Assembly: GCF_000022265.1 (NCBI RefSeq) | Contig: NC_011979.1 | Span: 2,490,001-2,522,000, forward strand | Direction of reading: 5' to 3' | DNA length: 32,000 nt | DNA from: Geotalea daltonii FRC-32 | Lineage (GTDB): Bacteria; Desulfobacterota; Desulfuromonadia; Geobacterales; Geobacteraceae | In this document: positions 17,936 to 25,450 of the stretch, piece after piece | Layout: each line of letters starts with the position of its first letter | Numbering within the stretch: the first letter of the stretch is position 1 | The notes under the pieces: generated by a model | The model's input: only the letters and a program-made list of their open reading frames with translations | Told to the model about the DNA's origin: nothing | The model's database searches: none | Translations under genes and position numbers: made by a program

Positions 17936-17978
17936 CCGGCAAGGCGCGGCGACGCAGCTCCAGCTGCCGCCTTGCCGG
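17936..17978 (+). other. GC-rich nested hairpin immediately after the MCP3 stop codon
   Basis: CCGGCAAGGCG (17936-17946) pairs with CGCCTTGCCGG (17968-17978) as a perfect 11-bp stem. It encloses a second hairpin, GCAGCT-CC-AGCTGC (17954-17967). No T tract follows. Confidence 0.5.
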
Positions 17979-18011
17979 AGGAGCAACACAGCCGGGGCCA
18001 AGGTGAAGCGA

Positions 18012-18041
18012 AAGTGCCTGGTTCAAAAGAACCAGGCACTT
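18012..18041 (+). repeat. Copy 1 of a 30-bp hairpin direct repeat (terminator-like stem without T tract)
   Basis: AAGTGCCTGGTTC-AAAA-GAACCAGGCACTT has a 13-bp perfect stem. It is identical to 18193-18222. Confidence 0.85.
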
Positions 18042-18045
18042 GAGT

Positions 18046-18161
18046 CTGATGAAAAAGCCCTATCTGCGGCGTTGCCCTTACCAGTCGTCGCTGCGGCGTA
18101 CCGTTAAGTACGCCTCACTCCTCAGGTTTCGGGCGCCTTGCACCTAGGGCTTTTTGATCAG
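18046..18161. repeat. Structured intergenic repeat element, copy A (MITE/REP-like, non-coding)
   Basis: Terminal inverted repeats CTGATGAAAAAGCCCTA (18046-18062) and TAGGGCTTTTTGATCAG (18145-18161) match at 16 of 17 positions. The central hairpin is GGCGTAC-CGTTAA-GTACGCC. Core blocks TCTGCGGCGTTGCC, TCACTCCTC and CCTTGCA are shared with the element at 25210-25368. Confidence 0.6.
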
Positions 18162-18192
18162 CCTTACATATTGTGACTTCGTCAGCAATCTG

Positions 18193-18230
18193 AAGTGCCT
18201 GGTTCAAAAGAACCAGGCACTTTTATATTT
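18193..18230 (+). terminator. Copy 2 of the 30-bp hairpin, here followed by a T tract (functional-looking terminator)
   Basis: It has the same 13-bp stem and AAAA loop as 18012-18041, but is followed by TTTATATTT. Confidence 0.7.
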
Positions 18231-18233
18231 AGC

Positions 18234-18261
18234 TTTACCTTTCATGTTAATTGAATATAAT
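18234..18261 (+). promoter_or_regulatory. Sigma70-type promoter candidate for the PAS histidine kinase
   Basis: TTTACC (18234-18239), a 16-nt spacer, then a perfect TATAAT (18256-18261). Confidence 0.45.
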
Positions 18262-18295
18262 AAACTACTTCAAACTTTATCCCGAAAGGATGATG

Positions 18296-19777
18296 ATGCC
18301 GAACGGCTCCAAGGATTATAATATCCTGGTTGATGGGGATGGCAGGGGTGCCCAGCTGTTGGGGCTGGTCTGGACTGTAGTGATTGCGGTCATGGCTATC
18401 GCACTTCTCACCGACATTGAGGAGATGGTCGGTTTGATCAATACTTTTGGCCTCGTAATGTTATGGATAGTGGGGATTGGCGGGATCTGTCTGGGAAGCA
18501 GAAAACTGCGGCAAAGCGAAGAGAGATTATACTCTGCTGAACAGGCTCTGTGGAAATCAAAGCAGAATCTTGAACTAAAAGTCATGGAACGAACTGCGGA
18601 ACTGGAAAGGGCCAATCTGCGGCTCAAAGATGAGGTCGAAGAGCGTTTGCGTGCAGAAACCGCTTTACGAGCATCGGAGATGAAATATCGCATCGTAGCC
18701 GAGAATACCTATGGCTGGGAGTTCTGGCTGGATGTGCAGGGCCGGTTCATCTATTCGTCACCCGCCTGCAAGGAGATCACCGGTCATGGAGCCGAGGAGT
18801 TCGTGACGGATCATGAACTTTTTCGCCGCATTATTTTTCACGAGGATCTGAGGTGTTATGAGACTCACAGAAAAGAGGTTGAAGAGGGGCGCAAAACCGA
18901 TTCAGTTGCTTTTCGCATCGTCAGGCCGGACGGCAGTATGCGCTGGATCGGCCATGTCTGCCAGCCTGCCTACGATGACGAGGGCAATTTCATCGGTACC
19001 CGGGGGAGCAACCGTGATATCAGTGGCCGCAAACGGACAGAAGACGAGATACGCATGCTGAACGAAGAACTGGAGGCCAGGGTAAGAAAAAGGACTGCCC
19101 AACTTGAGGCTTCCAACCGGGAACTGGAGGGATTTTGTTATGCCATATCCCATGACCTTCGAGCTCCGCTGACGCGTCTTGAAGGATACAGCCGGGCATT
19201 GCTCGAAGACTGCGGTGATACCCTCGACAACCAGGGGCGCACCTATGCGGAAAGCATTGAGAGGAACAGCAAACAGCTGAAAGAGGTCATAGATATACTT
19301 CTCGAATTGACAATGCTGACCCGTAGCGACCTGATGGTGGAGGAGATAAATCTGAGCGAGATGTGTCATGAAATTATGAACGACTTGCAAACTGCGTATG
19401 TCGGACGCAACATCGAGTTGTTGGTGGCGCCGATGGTCATGGCCAGAGGAGACAGAAACCTGCTGATGGTGGCCCTTAGAAATCTCCTGGATAATGCCTG
19501 CAAGTATACGGCGAAGCATCAACAGGCGACTATCGAATTCGGCGTGATGGAGCAGAAAACACGAAAGGTCTTTTTCATCCGCGATGATGGTGCAGGCTTC
19601 GATATGAAATTCGCCAAAAAGATGTTCAAGCCGTTCGAACGTATTCACCGCTCGGAAGAATTTTCCGGTGTGGGCATCGGGCTTGCCACCGTGCAGAGGA
19701 TAATTCAGCGCCATGGCGGGCGGATCTGGGCAGAGGGAGAGATTGAGAAAGGAGCGACATTCTTTTTCAGCCTTTAA
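18296..19777 (+). CDS. Membrane-anchored PAS sensor histidine kinase (no adjacent cognate response regulator)
   Basis: It has two TM segments (GLVWTVVIAVMAIALL and FGLVMLWIVGIGGICLG), a coiled coil, and a PAS domain (YRIVAENTYGWEFWLDVQGRFIYSSPACKEITGH). The HisKA H-box is FCYAISHDLRAPL, and the HATPase domain includes DDGAGFD and GVGIGLATVQRI. The track start TTG 18251 lies inside the predicted promoter. ATGs occur at 18290, 18293 and 18296 after AAAGGA, and the exact start is uncertain. Confidence 0.85.
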   Translation: MPNGSKDYNILVDGDGRGAQLLGLVWTVVIAVMAIALLTDIEEMVGLINTFGLVMLWIVGIGGICLGSRKLRQSEERLYSAEQALWKSKQNLELKVMERTAELERANLRLKDEVEERLRAETALRASEMKYRIVAENTYGWEFWLDVQGRFIYSSPACKEITGHGAEEFVTDHELFRRIIFHEDLRCYETHRKEVEEGRKTDSVAFRIVRPDGSMRWIGHVCQPAYDDEGNFIGTRGSNRDISGRKRTEDEIRMLNEELEARVRKRTAQLEASNRELEGFCYAISHDLRAPLTRLEGYSRALLEDCGDTLDNQGRTYAESIERNSKQLKEVIDILLELTMLTRSDLMVEEINLSEMCHEIMNDLQTAYVGRNIELLVAPMVMARGDRNLLMVALRNLLDNACKYTAKHQQATIEFGVMEQKTRKVFFIRDDGAGFDMKFAKKMFKPFERIHRSEEFSGVGIGLATVQRIIQRHGGRIWAEGEIEKGATFFFSL

Positions 19778-19822
19778 CGGGTCATCGGAGTTTCCGGATG
19801 GCCACTAAATAGATTCTTGACC

Positions 19823-19849
19823 AAGCCATGGGTTTCCATGGCTTTTTTT
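19823..19849 (+). terminator. Rho-independent terminator
   Basis: AAGCCATGG-GTTT-CCATGGCTT forms a 9-bp stem followed by TTTTTG. Confidence 0.75.
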
Positions 19850-19892
19850 GTGTCTTTTTTAGGTTCATGTTCATAGTAAATGGAAAAAACCT

Positions 19893-19919
19893 TTAAGAAA
19901 TAAGGTTTCTTTCCGATAA
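19893..19919 (+). promoter_or_regulatory. Sigma28 (FliA)-like promoter candidate upstream of cheW-1
   Basis: TCCGATAA (19912-19919) matches GCCGATAA at 7 of 8 positions. The -35 is imperfect: TTAA with a 15-nt spacer, or TAAG with a 14-nt spacer. Confidence 0.35.
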
Positions 19920-20001
19920 GGCTTACTAGTAATTCAGAAAATAGCTGGTCTTATAAAATTTTACTACGCAAGACATCAAAATGCGGAAAGGAATAAAAAC
20001 A

Positions 20002-20508
20002 ATGGAACAGGCAACCGATCAGACTGGAGCGACTCAATATCTCACTTTTACCCTCGATGACGAAGTTTTTGCCCTGGATATCGGCAAGGTACGGGAGGTG
20101 CTGGACTACACAACGGTGACCAAGGTTCCCCAGACCCCTGATTTCATGCGCGGGGTGATTAATCTGCGCGGCAATGTGGTGCCGGTGGTGGACATGCGGC
20201 TGAAATTCGCCATCAATGCCACGGAGAATACCGTCAACACCTGCATCATCATTGTCGAAGTGGCTGTGGACGGCGAGGTCACTATTCTTGGCGCCATGGC
20301 CGATTCGGTACAGGAAGTGCTGGACCTGGAACCGGATCAGATCGAGCCGCCTCCCAGGATCGGCACAAAAATGAGGACCGATTTCATCAGTGGCATGGGA
20401 AAACGGGATGAGCAGTTCATCATGATACTGGACATCGACAGGATTTTTTCGGGAGAGGAACTGGCTGCGGTGCAGGGAGAAAACATCGCTGCCGCAGCTA
20501 ATGAATAG
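20002..20508 (+). CDS. cheW: CheW adaptor protein, copy 1
   Basis: [24 protein letters not shown]...[17 protein letters not shown] is a canonical CheW core. ATG 20002 (MEQATDQ) parallels the start of copy 2 (MEGSQIE). The track start at 19981 is also possible. Confidence 0.9.
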   Translation: MEQATDQTGATQYLTFTLDDEVFALDIGKVREVLDYTTVTKVPQTPDFMRGVINLRGNVVPVVDMRLKFAINATENTVNTCIIIVEVAVDGEVTILGAMADSVQEVLDLEPDQIEPPPRIGTKMRTDFISGMGKRDEQFIMILDIDRIFSGEELAAVQGENIAAAANE

Positions 20509-20544
20509 GTCATTGAATTGCGTGGCTGAAAAAGGAGGTATGTA

Positions 20545-22233
20545 ATGAAGTTAAGTAACCTGAAAATCGGAACCCGCTTAGGTTTGGGGTTCAGCGTCAT
20601 ATTGGCAGTTTTTGTCATTGCCATTGCCATAACTGCTTTGAGGCTCAATACTGTGCGCCATGAAGCCAGTGAGGTGGTGACGGAATCTCTGCCCCACCTG
20701 ATGGCTGCCTACGAGATAGATATAGAAATTACTTCGATGGCCGAAGCAATAACAGATGCTGCTGCTACACATGACAGGGAAGGTATTAAGGAAGCTGAAG
20801 ACAGCTCTAGGAAGGTGATGGAAAACCTTGAGAAATTCAAGGAGATGTTTCGCAAGGAAAACGACACGGCCAGCCTGAAGGATGTTGAGGCGATTGAGAA
20901 CCGGCTGAAAGATTTCCTGCAACTGGGAGAACGGATGGTGGATGTTTTCATTACCAGTGGCCTGGCAGAAGGAAGCAAGGTTAATGCTGAACTGGATAAA
21001 GCACGCGGGCCGTTGGTGGAGCTCGTTGAAAAGTTGCAAAAAGCTCAAAGCGACGAGGCCATCAGGAACTCCCGTGAAGTGGTCAATCAGGCCATAAAGG
21101 TATCGACCATCCTCCTTTCCATGGGGGCCGGCGCAATTCTGCTGGGCTGCATCATCGCTTTCTTCATGACCCGCAGCATCACCAAACCCCTCAATGACGC
21201 AGTTGGAGTATCCAACCGTCTGGCAGAAGGTGATCTGACAGTGGAAATAGATGCTACCAGCCAGGATGAGACCGGTATTCTGCTTGCTGCCATGAAAAAT
21301 ATGGTTGAGAGGTTGAAGGAAATTGTTGCCGAGGTTAAGACCGCTGCCGACAACGTGGCGTCGGGTAGCCAACAGATGTCATCGGGCTCGGAAGAAATGT
21401 CCCAAGGGGCAAGCGAGCAGGCAGCCGCCGCCGAAGAGGCATCGTCCAGCATGGAGGAGATGTCCTCCAACATCAGGCAGAATGCCGATAACGCCTTGCA
21501 GACGGAAAAAATCGCGGTCAAATCCGCCGGTGACGCCCGTGAAGGGGGGAAGGCAGTGGAAGAAACGGTCCATGCCATGAAGGACATCGCCGGGAAAATA
21601 TCCATCATCGAAGAGATCGCCCGCCAGACCAATCTCCTGGCGCTCAATGCCGCCATAGAAGCCGCCCGTGCCGGAGAACACGGCAAGGGTTTTGCCGTCG
21701 TGGCTTCCGAGGTACGTAAGCTGGCAGAGCGGAGCCAGAAGGCAGCAGCAGAGATCAGCGAACTGTCCGCTTCCAGTGTGGAGGTGGCGGAAAAGGCAGG
21801 GGATCTTTTGACGAAGATGGTGCCGGATATCCAGCGAACCGCCGAACTGGTGCAGGAAATCAGCGCCGCCAGTAGAGAGCAGGATACAGGGGCCGAGCAG
21901 ATCAACAAGGCGATCCAGCAGCTGGACCAGGTGATCCAGCAGAATGCGGGGGCGTCCGAAGAGATGGCCTCCACCGCCGAAGAGCTGGCTTCCCAGGCAG
22001 AACAACTCCAGTCTTCAATTTCCTTCTTCAGGATAGGTGACGGGGAATCGGTGAGAAAGAATACCGCGAAGGCCCCGTCTCCAACCAAAACCGTTCAGCC
22101 CCGCAAGGTGAAGATCCAGCATATTGCCCGTGCCGAAAAGGCGAACGGCTATCCTGCCAAGACTTCAGTTGGTCATGACCTGGATATGACAGGCGGAGTC
22201 GACCATTTTGATAAAGAGTTCGAGAAGTTTTAG
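20545..22233 (+). CDS. mcp: Methyl-accepting chemotaxis protein (short form: periplasmic helical sensor, single HAMP, signalling domain)
   Basis: AAGGAGG RBS is present. It has two TM segments, a single HAMP domain ([27 protein letters not shown]) and a canonical MCP tip. The tail ends EFEKF. Confidence 0.95.
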   Translation: MKLSNLKIGTRLGLGFSVILAVFVIAIAITALRLNTVRHEASEVVTESLPHLMAAYEIDIEITSMAEAITDAAATHDREGIKEAEDSSRKVMENLEKFKEMFRKENDTASLKDVEAIENRLKDFLQLGERMVDVFITSGLAEGSKVNAELDKARGPLVELVEKLQKAQSDEAIRNSREVVNQAIKVSTILLSMGAGAILLGCIIAFFMTRSITKPLNDAVGVSNRLAEGDLTVEIDATSQDETGILLAAMKNMVERLKEIVAEVKTAADNVASGSQQMSSGSEEMSQGASEQAAAAEEASSSMEEMSSNIRQNADNALQTEKIAVKSAGDAREGGKAVEETVHAMKDIAGKISIIEEIARQTNLLALNAAIEAARAGEHGKGFAVVASEVRKLAERSQKAAAEISELSASSVEVAEKAGDLLTKMVPDIQRTAELVQEISAASREQDTGAEQINKAIQQLDQVIQQNAGASEEMASTAEELASQAEQLQSSISFFRIGDGESVRKNTAKAPSPTKTVQPRKVKIQHIARAEKANGYPAKTSVGHDLDMTGGVDHFDKEFEKF

Positions 22234-22254
22234 ATCTCGCTGTTGTAGTCACCG

Positions 22255-22282
22255 AAGCCGCGCTTTGCGCGGCTTTTTTTTT
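22255..22282 (+). terminator. Rho-independent terminator
   Basis: AAGCCGCGC-TTT-GCGCGGCTT is followed by a run of nine T residues. Confidence 0.85.
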
Positions 22283-22298
22283 AAATAGTTAAACCATC

Positions 22299-22325
22299 TA
22301 AAGAAAAATATGCGTCAGACGATAA
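22299..22325 (+). promoter_or_regulatory. Sigma28 (FliA)-type promoter upstream of cheW-2
   Basis: TAAA (22299-22302), an exact 15-nt spacer, then GACGATAA (22318-22325, 7 of 8 matches to GCCGATAA). It lies inside the over-long track ORF that starts at 22310. Confidence 0.55.
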
Positions 22326-22369
22326 GTAATCATGCTGCTTTGAACAGATTTGTCGAAAAGGGGGAGTCT

Positions 22370-22879
22370 ATGGAAGGATCTCAGATTGAAGGTGCAACAC
22401 AATACCTTACTTTTACCCTGGATGAAGAAGTCTTCGCCCTGGATATCGGCAAGGTGCGGGAGGTGCTGGATTACACGACGGTGACCAAGGTGCCCCAGAC
22501 CCCCGATTTCATGCGAGGTGTCATCAACCTGCGCGGCAATGTGGTGCCGGTGGTGGACATGCGGCTGAAATTCGCCATCGATGCCACGGAGAATACCGTC
22601 AATACCTGTATCATCATCGTCGAGGTGGATGTGGACGGTGAGATCACGATCCTCGGTGCCATGGCCGATTCGGTGCAGGAGGTGCTGGATCTGGAGCCTG
22701 ATCAGATCGAGCCGCCACCGCGAATCGGCGCCAGGATGAGGACCGATTTCATCCGCGGCATGGGCAAAAGGGATGAGCAATTCATCATGATCCTGGATAT
22801 CGACAGGATCTTTTCCGGTGAAGAACTGGCTGCGGTGCAGGCCATTGATGACGATATCTCACAGGTTTCCAACGGCTGA
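22370..22879 (+). CDS. cheW: CheW adaptor protein, copy 2
   Basis: It is about 90 percent identical by eye at nucleotide level to copy 1 across the core, including a 51-nt perfect tract (20164-20214 = 22529-22579). GGGGAG RBS precedes ATG 22370, which lies downstream of the predicted promoter. Confidence 0.9.
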   Translation: MEGSQIEGATQYLTFTLDEEVFALDIGKVREVLDYTTVTKVPQTPDFMRGVINLRGNVVPVVDMRLKFAIDATENTVNTCIIIVEVDVDGEITILGAMADSVQEVLDLEPDQIEPPPRIGARMRTDFIRGMGKRDEQFIMILDIDRIFSGEELAAVQAIDDDISQVSNG

Positions 22880-22913
22880 CTTTTACCAGTTGATAGTCAA
22901 AAGGAGGATAGCA

Positions 22914-25124
22914 ATGAAGGTTTGGGACTTGAAGATTGGAATGAGGCTAGGCCTTGGCTTTGGACTGGTGCTGGTCATGTTGCTGCTGGTAGGGTTGGTT
23001 GGCTATTGGGGGGTAAACGCCGTATCGGGTACTACAGTGGCTATGCTGGACGGCGATGCGGTAATAGCCCAGCATTCTGCCCGTGCCCGGGCCAACATCC
23101 TCGGATTGCGGCGTTATGAAAAGGACACGTTCATCAACATCGCTTCCATGGATAAGGTGGATGAGTACTTCAAGAAGTGGAACGGGGAGCGGGAAAAGGT
23201 CGAGGAGCGGATTGCCTCCCTTGAAAAGGTAGCCGTGACTACGCAGGACAAGGAGCAGGTAAAGATCATCAAGGATAAGCTGGCTGGATACGCTGCCGGT
23301 TACAACAAAGTCTATTCCCTTATAAAAGAGGGGAAAATCTTGACTACTGCCGATGCCAACAAGGCCATTGGCGATGTGAAGGATGAAAGTCATAAAATGG
23401 AGGCGACGGCCGTTGAATTTGCCCAAGAGGCCAATAAACGCATGGAAGGGGCGAAGAAACTGGTAACGGCGAAACAGGACAAGACGGTGGTGATGATGCT
23501 TATCGTCAGCCTGATCGCCATAGCTGTTGGATTCCTGATCAGCATCCTCATCACCCGCAGCATCAAGAAACCGATTTCGGAAGCGGTTGATGTCGCCAAT
23601 AAGCTGGCGGATGGAGACCTGTCGGTGGATATCGTGGTTATGTCCGGCGATGAGACCGGTCAGCTGTTGAGTGCCATGAAGAACATGATCGACAGTCTGC
23701 GTGAATCGGCGCTGGCTGCGGAAAGGGTGGCAGCAGGGGATATGTCCGTCGAGATAAAAATCCGTTCGGACAAGGACCTCCTGGGTCAGAACCTGACGGC
23801 AATGGTTGCTGCCATCAAGGGCATACTCAAGGAAACGGTCACCCTCATTACAGCCATTCAGGAAGGAAAGCTGGATCGGCGCGGCGACACCTCCGGTTAC
23901 CAGGGGGGATGGGCCGATCTGTTGACCGGAATCAACAGGCTGGTGGATGCCTTTGTAACGCCATTCAAAATGACCGCCGATTGTGTCAATCGCATCAGCA
24001 AGGGTGACGTACCGCCGCAGATTACCGATGCCTATCAAGGGGATTTTAACGAGATCAAGAACAACATCAATCAGCTGATAGAGGCGATGAACAATGTTAC
24101 ACTGCTGGCCCAGGAGATTGCGGGGGGTAATCTCCTGGTCAAGGTGGAAGATCGCTCGGCAAACGACCGCCTGATGCAGGCCCTGGCCCTGATGGTGAAA
24201 AAGTTGACGGAGATTGTCACCGAGGTCAAAAACGCTGCCGATAACGTGGCCTCAGGGAGCCAGCAGATGTCGTCGGGCTCGGAAGAAATGTCCCAGGGGG
24301 CAAGCGAGCAGGCGGCAGCTGCCGAAGAGGCATCATCCAGCATGGAAGAGATGTCATCCAACATCAGGCAGAACGCCGACAACGCCCTGCAGACGGAAAA
24401 GATAGCGGTGAAATCTGCCGGCGACGCCCGTGAAGGGGGCAAGGCAGTGGAAGAAACGGTCCGTGCCATGAAGGACATCGCCGGGAAGATATCCATCATC
24501 GAAGAGATCGCCCGCCAGACAAACCTGCTGGCGCTGAATGCAGCCATAGAGGCCGCCCGTGCGGGAGAACACGGCAAGGGTTTTGCGGTGGTTGCCTCCG
24601 AGGTGCGCAAGCTGGCAGAGCGGAGCCAGAAGGCCGCAGCAGAGATCAGCGAACTGTCCGCCTCAAGCGTTGACGTGGCGGTAAGGGCTGGGGACCTGCT
24701 GACGAAGATGGTGCCGGATATCCAGCGAACCGCCGAACTGGTGCAGGAAATCAGCGCCGCCAGCAGAGAGCAGGATACCGGCGCCGAGCAGATCAACAAG
24801 GCGATCCAGCAGCTGGACCAGGTGATCCAGCAGAATGCGGGGGCGTCCGAAGAGATGGCTTCCACTGCCGAAGAGCTGGCTTCTCAAGCAGAGCAGCTCC
24901 AATGTTCAATCTCCTTTTTCCGAATTGAGAATGTCGAGCAGGGGAGAAAAGCCGCTGCCAGGGCACCTGCTTACCAGAAAGACAAGCAACCCCAAAGGAT
25001 CAGGATTCAGCACATGGGCAATGGGGAAAAGGCCAACAGCCATCCATCCAAGTCTGCCGTAGGCCATGATCTGGATATGGACAGCGGAGTCGACCACATG
25101 GACGTGGATTTCGAAAAATACTGA
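22914..25124 (+). CDS. mcp: Methyl-accepting chemotaxis protein (periplasmic helical sensor, multi-HAMP array, signalling domain)
   Basis: AAGGAGGA RBS (22901-22908) precedes ATG 22914 ([17 protein letters not shown]). The track start at 22818 overlaps cheW-2. It has two TM segments, HAMP motifs [18 protein letters not shown] and AGGNLLVKV, and one 91-aa-type module. The signalling domain is near-identical to that of the MCP at 20545-22233. Confidence 0.95.
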   Translation: MKVWDLKIGMRLGLGFGLVLVMLLLVGLVGYWGVNAVSGTTVAMLDGDAVIAQHSARARANILGLRRYEKDTFINIASMDKVDEYFKKWNGEREKVEERIASLEKVAVTTQDKEQVKIIKDKLAGYAAGYNKVYSLIKEGKILTTADANKAIGDVKDESHKMEATAVEFAQEANKRMEGAKKLVTAKQDKTVVMMLIVSLIAIAVGFLISILITRSIKKPISEAVDVANKLADGDLSVDIVVMSGDETGQLLSAMKNMIDSLRESALAAERVAAGDMSVEIKIRSDKDLLGQNLTAMVAAIKGILKETVTLITAIQEGKLDRRGDTSGYQGGWADLLTGINRLVDAFVTPFKMTADCVNRISKGDVPPQITDAYQGDFNEIKNNINQLIEAMNNVTLLAQEIAGGNLLVKVEDRSANDRLMQALALMVKKLTEIVTEVKNAADNVASGSQQMSSGSEEMSQGASEQAAAAEEASSSMEEMSSNIRQNADNALQTEKIAVKSAGDAREGGKAVEETVRAMKDIAGKISIIEEIARQTNLLALNAAIEAARAGEHGKGFAVVASEVRKLAERSQKAAAEISELSASSVDVAVRAGDLLTKMVPDIQRTAELVQEISAASREQDTGAEQINKAIQQLDQVIQQNAGASEEMASTAEELASQAEQLQCSISFFRIENVEQGRKAAARAPAYQKDKQPQRIRIQHMGNGEKANSHPSKSAVGHDLDMDSGVDHMDVDFEKY

Positions 25125-25147
25125 TCTGTCCATATCTCTTGTATCTG

Positions 25148-25190
25148 AAGGGCAGAAGTCCGTTGGCGTCAGCCGGACTTCTGCCCTTTT
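25148..25190 (+). terminator. Rho-independent terminator
   Basis: GGGCAGAAGTCCG (25150-25162), an 11-nt loop, then CGGACTTCTGCCC (25174-25186) form a perfect 13-bp stem followed by TTTT. Confidence 0.75.
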
Positions 25191-25209
25191 CCATGCTCGT
25201 TTTCTTTAG

Positions 25210-25368
25210 CAGGCTGTTGAAAAACTATTGCGGACCCGCGGGGCCTGAAGGGCCGGTCTGCTGTGTTGCCGCTCACTCGGAAACTCAACGTACATCACGG
25301 TACGTTTCGCTCCCTCCTTCACTTGAGCCTTGCATCCCGACCTCCTCATCACGTTTTTCAACAACCTG
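25210..25368. repeat. Structured intergenic repeat element, copy B (same family as 18046-18161)
   Basis: Terminal inverted repeats CAGGCTGTTGAAAAAC (25210-25225) and GTTTTTCAACAACCTG (25353-25368) match at 15 of 16 positions. The central hairpin is AACGTAC-ATCACG-GTACGTT. Core blocks TCTGCTGTGTTGCC, TCGCTCCCTCC and CCTTGCA are present. Confidence 0.6.
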
Positions 25369-25369
25369 T

Positions 25370-25396
25370 TAAACAATAGTCTCCTTGATCCGATAA
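25370..25396 (+). promoter_or_regulatory. Sigma28 (FliA)-type promoter upstream of cheR-cheB
   Basis: TAAA (25370-25373), an exact 15-nt spacer, then TCCGATAA (25389-25396, 7 of 8 matches). It lies 55 nt upstream of the cheR ATG. Confidence 0.6.
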
Positions 25397-25450
25397 GTAC
25401 TCCAAAGAACTACCTGCTGCAATCTGCAGGAGTATCACAGGGAGGTGATA

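Noticed and set aside
21087-22088. Long antisense ORFs inside every MCP signalling domain: 10664-11257, 13351-14169, 16895-17527, 21087-22088 and 24071-24865, up to 333 aa. They appear conserved between paralogues.
   Set aside because: They overlap the strongly supported + strand MCP frames. Their apparent conservation follows from conservation of the sense strand. Ala-, Glu- and Gln-rich coiled-coil coding sequence (GCN, GAR, CAG codons) is naturally depleted of antisense stop codons. Their products are low-complexity Ser-, Ala- and Arg-rich strings, and none has an RBS.
10873-24920. The repeated blocks of about 690 bp considered as insertion sequences, CRISPR-like arrays or assembly duplication artefacts.
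   Set aside because: Each copy is in frame within a distinct full-length MCP gene that has its own unique sensor region. There are no transposase genes, no terminal inverted repeats at block ends, and no short regular spacers. The differences between copies argue against a simple assembly duplication.
25139-25372. A 77-aa plus-strand ORF after the last MCP.
   Set aside because: It runs through a terminator hairpin and the inverted-repeat element at 25210-25368. Its product is low-complexity and there is no RBS. The region is better explained as a non-coding repeat.
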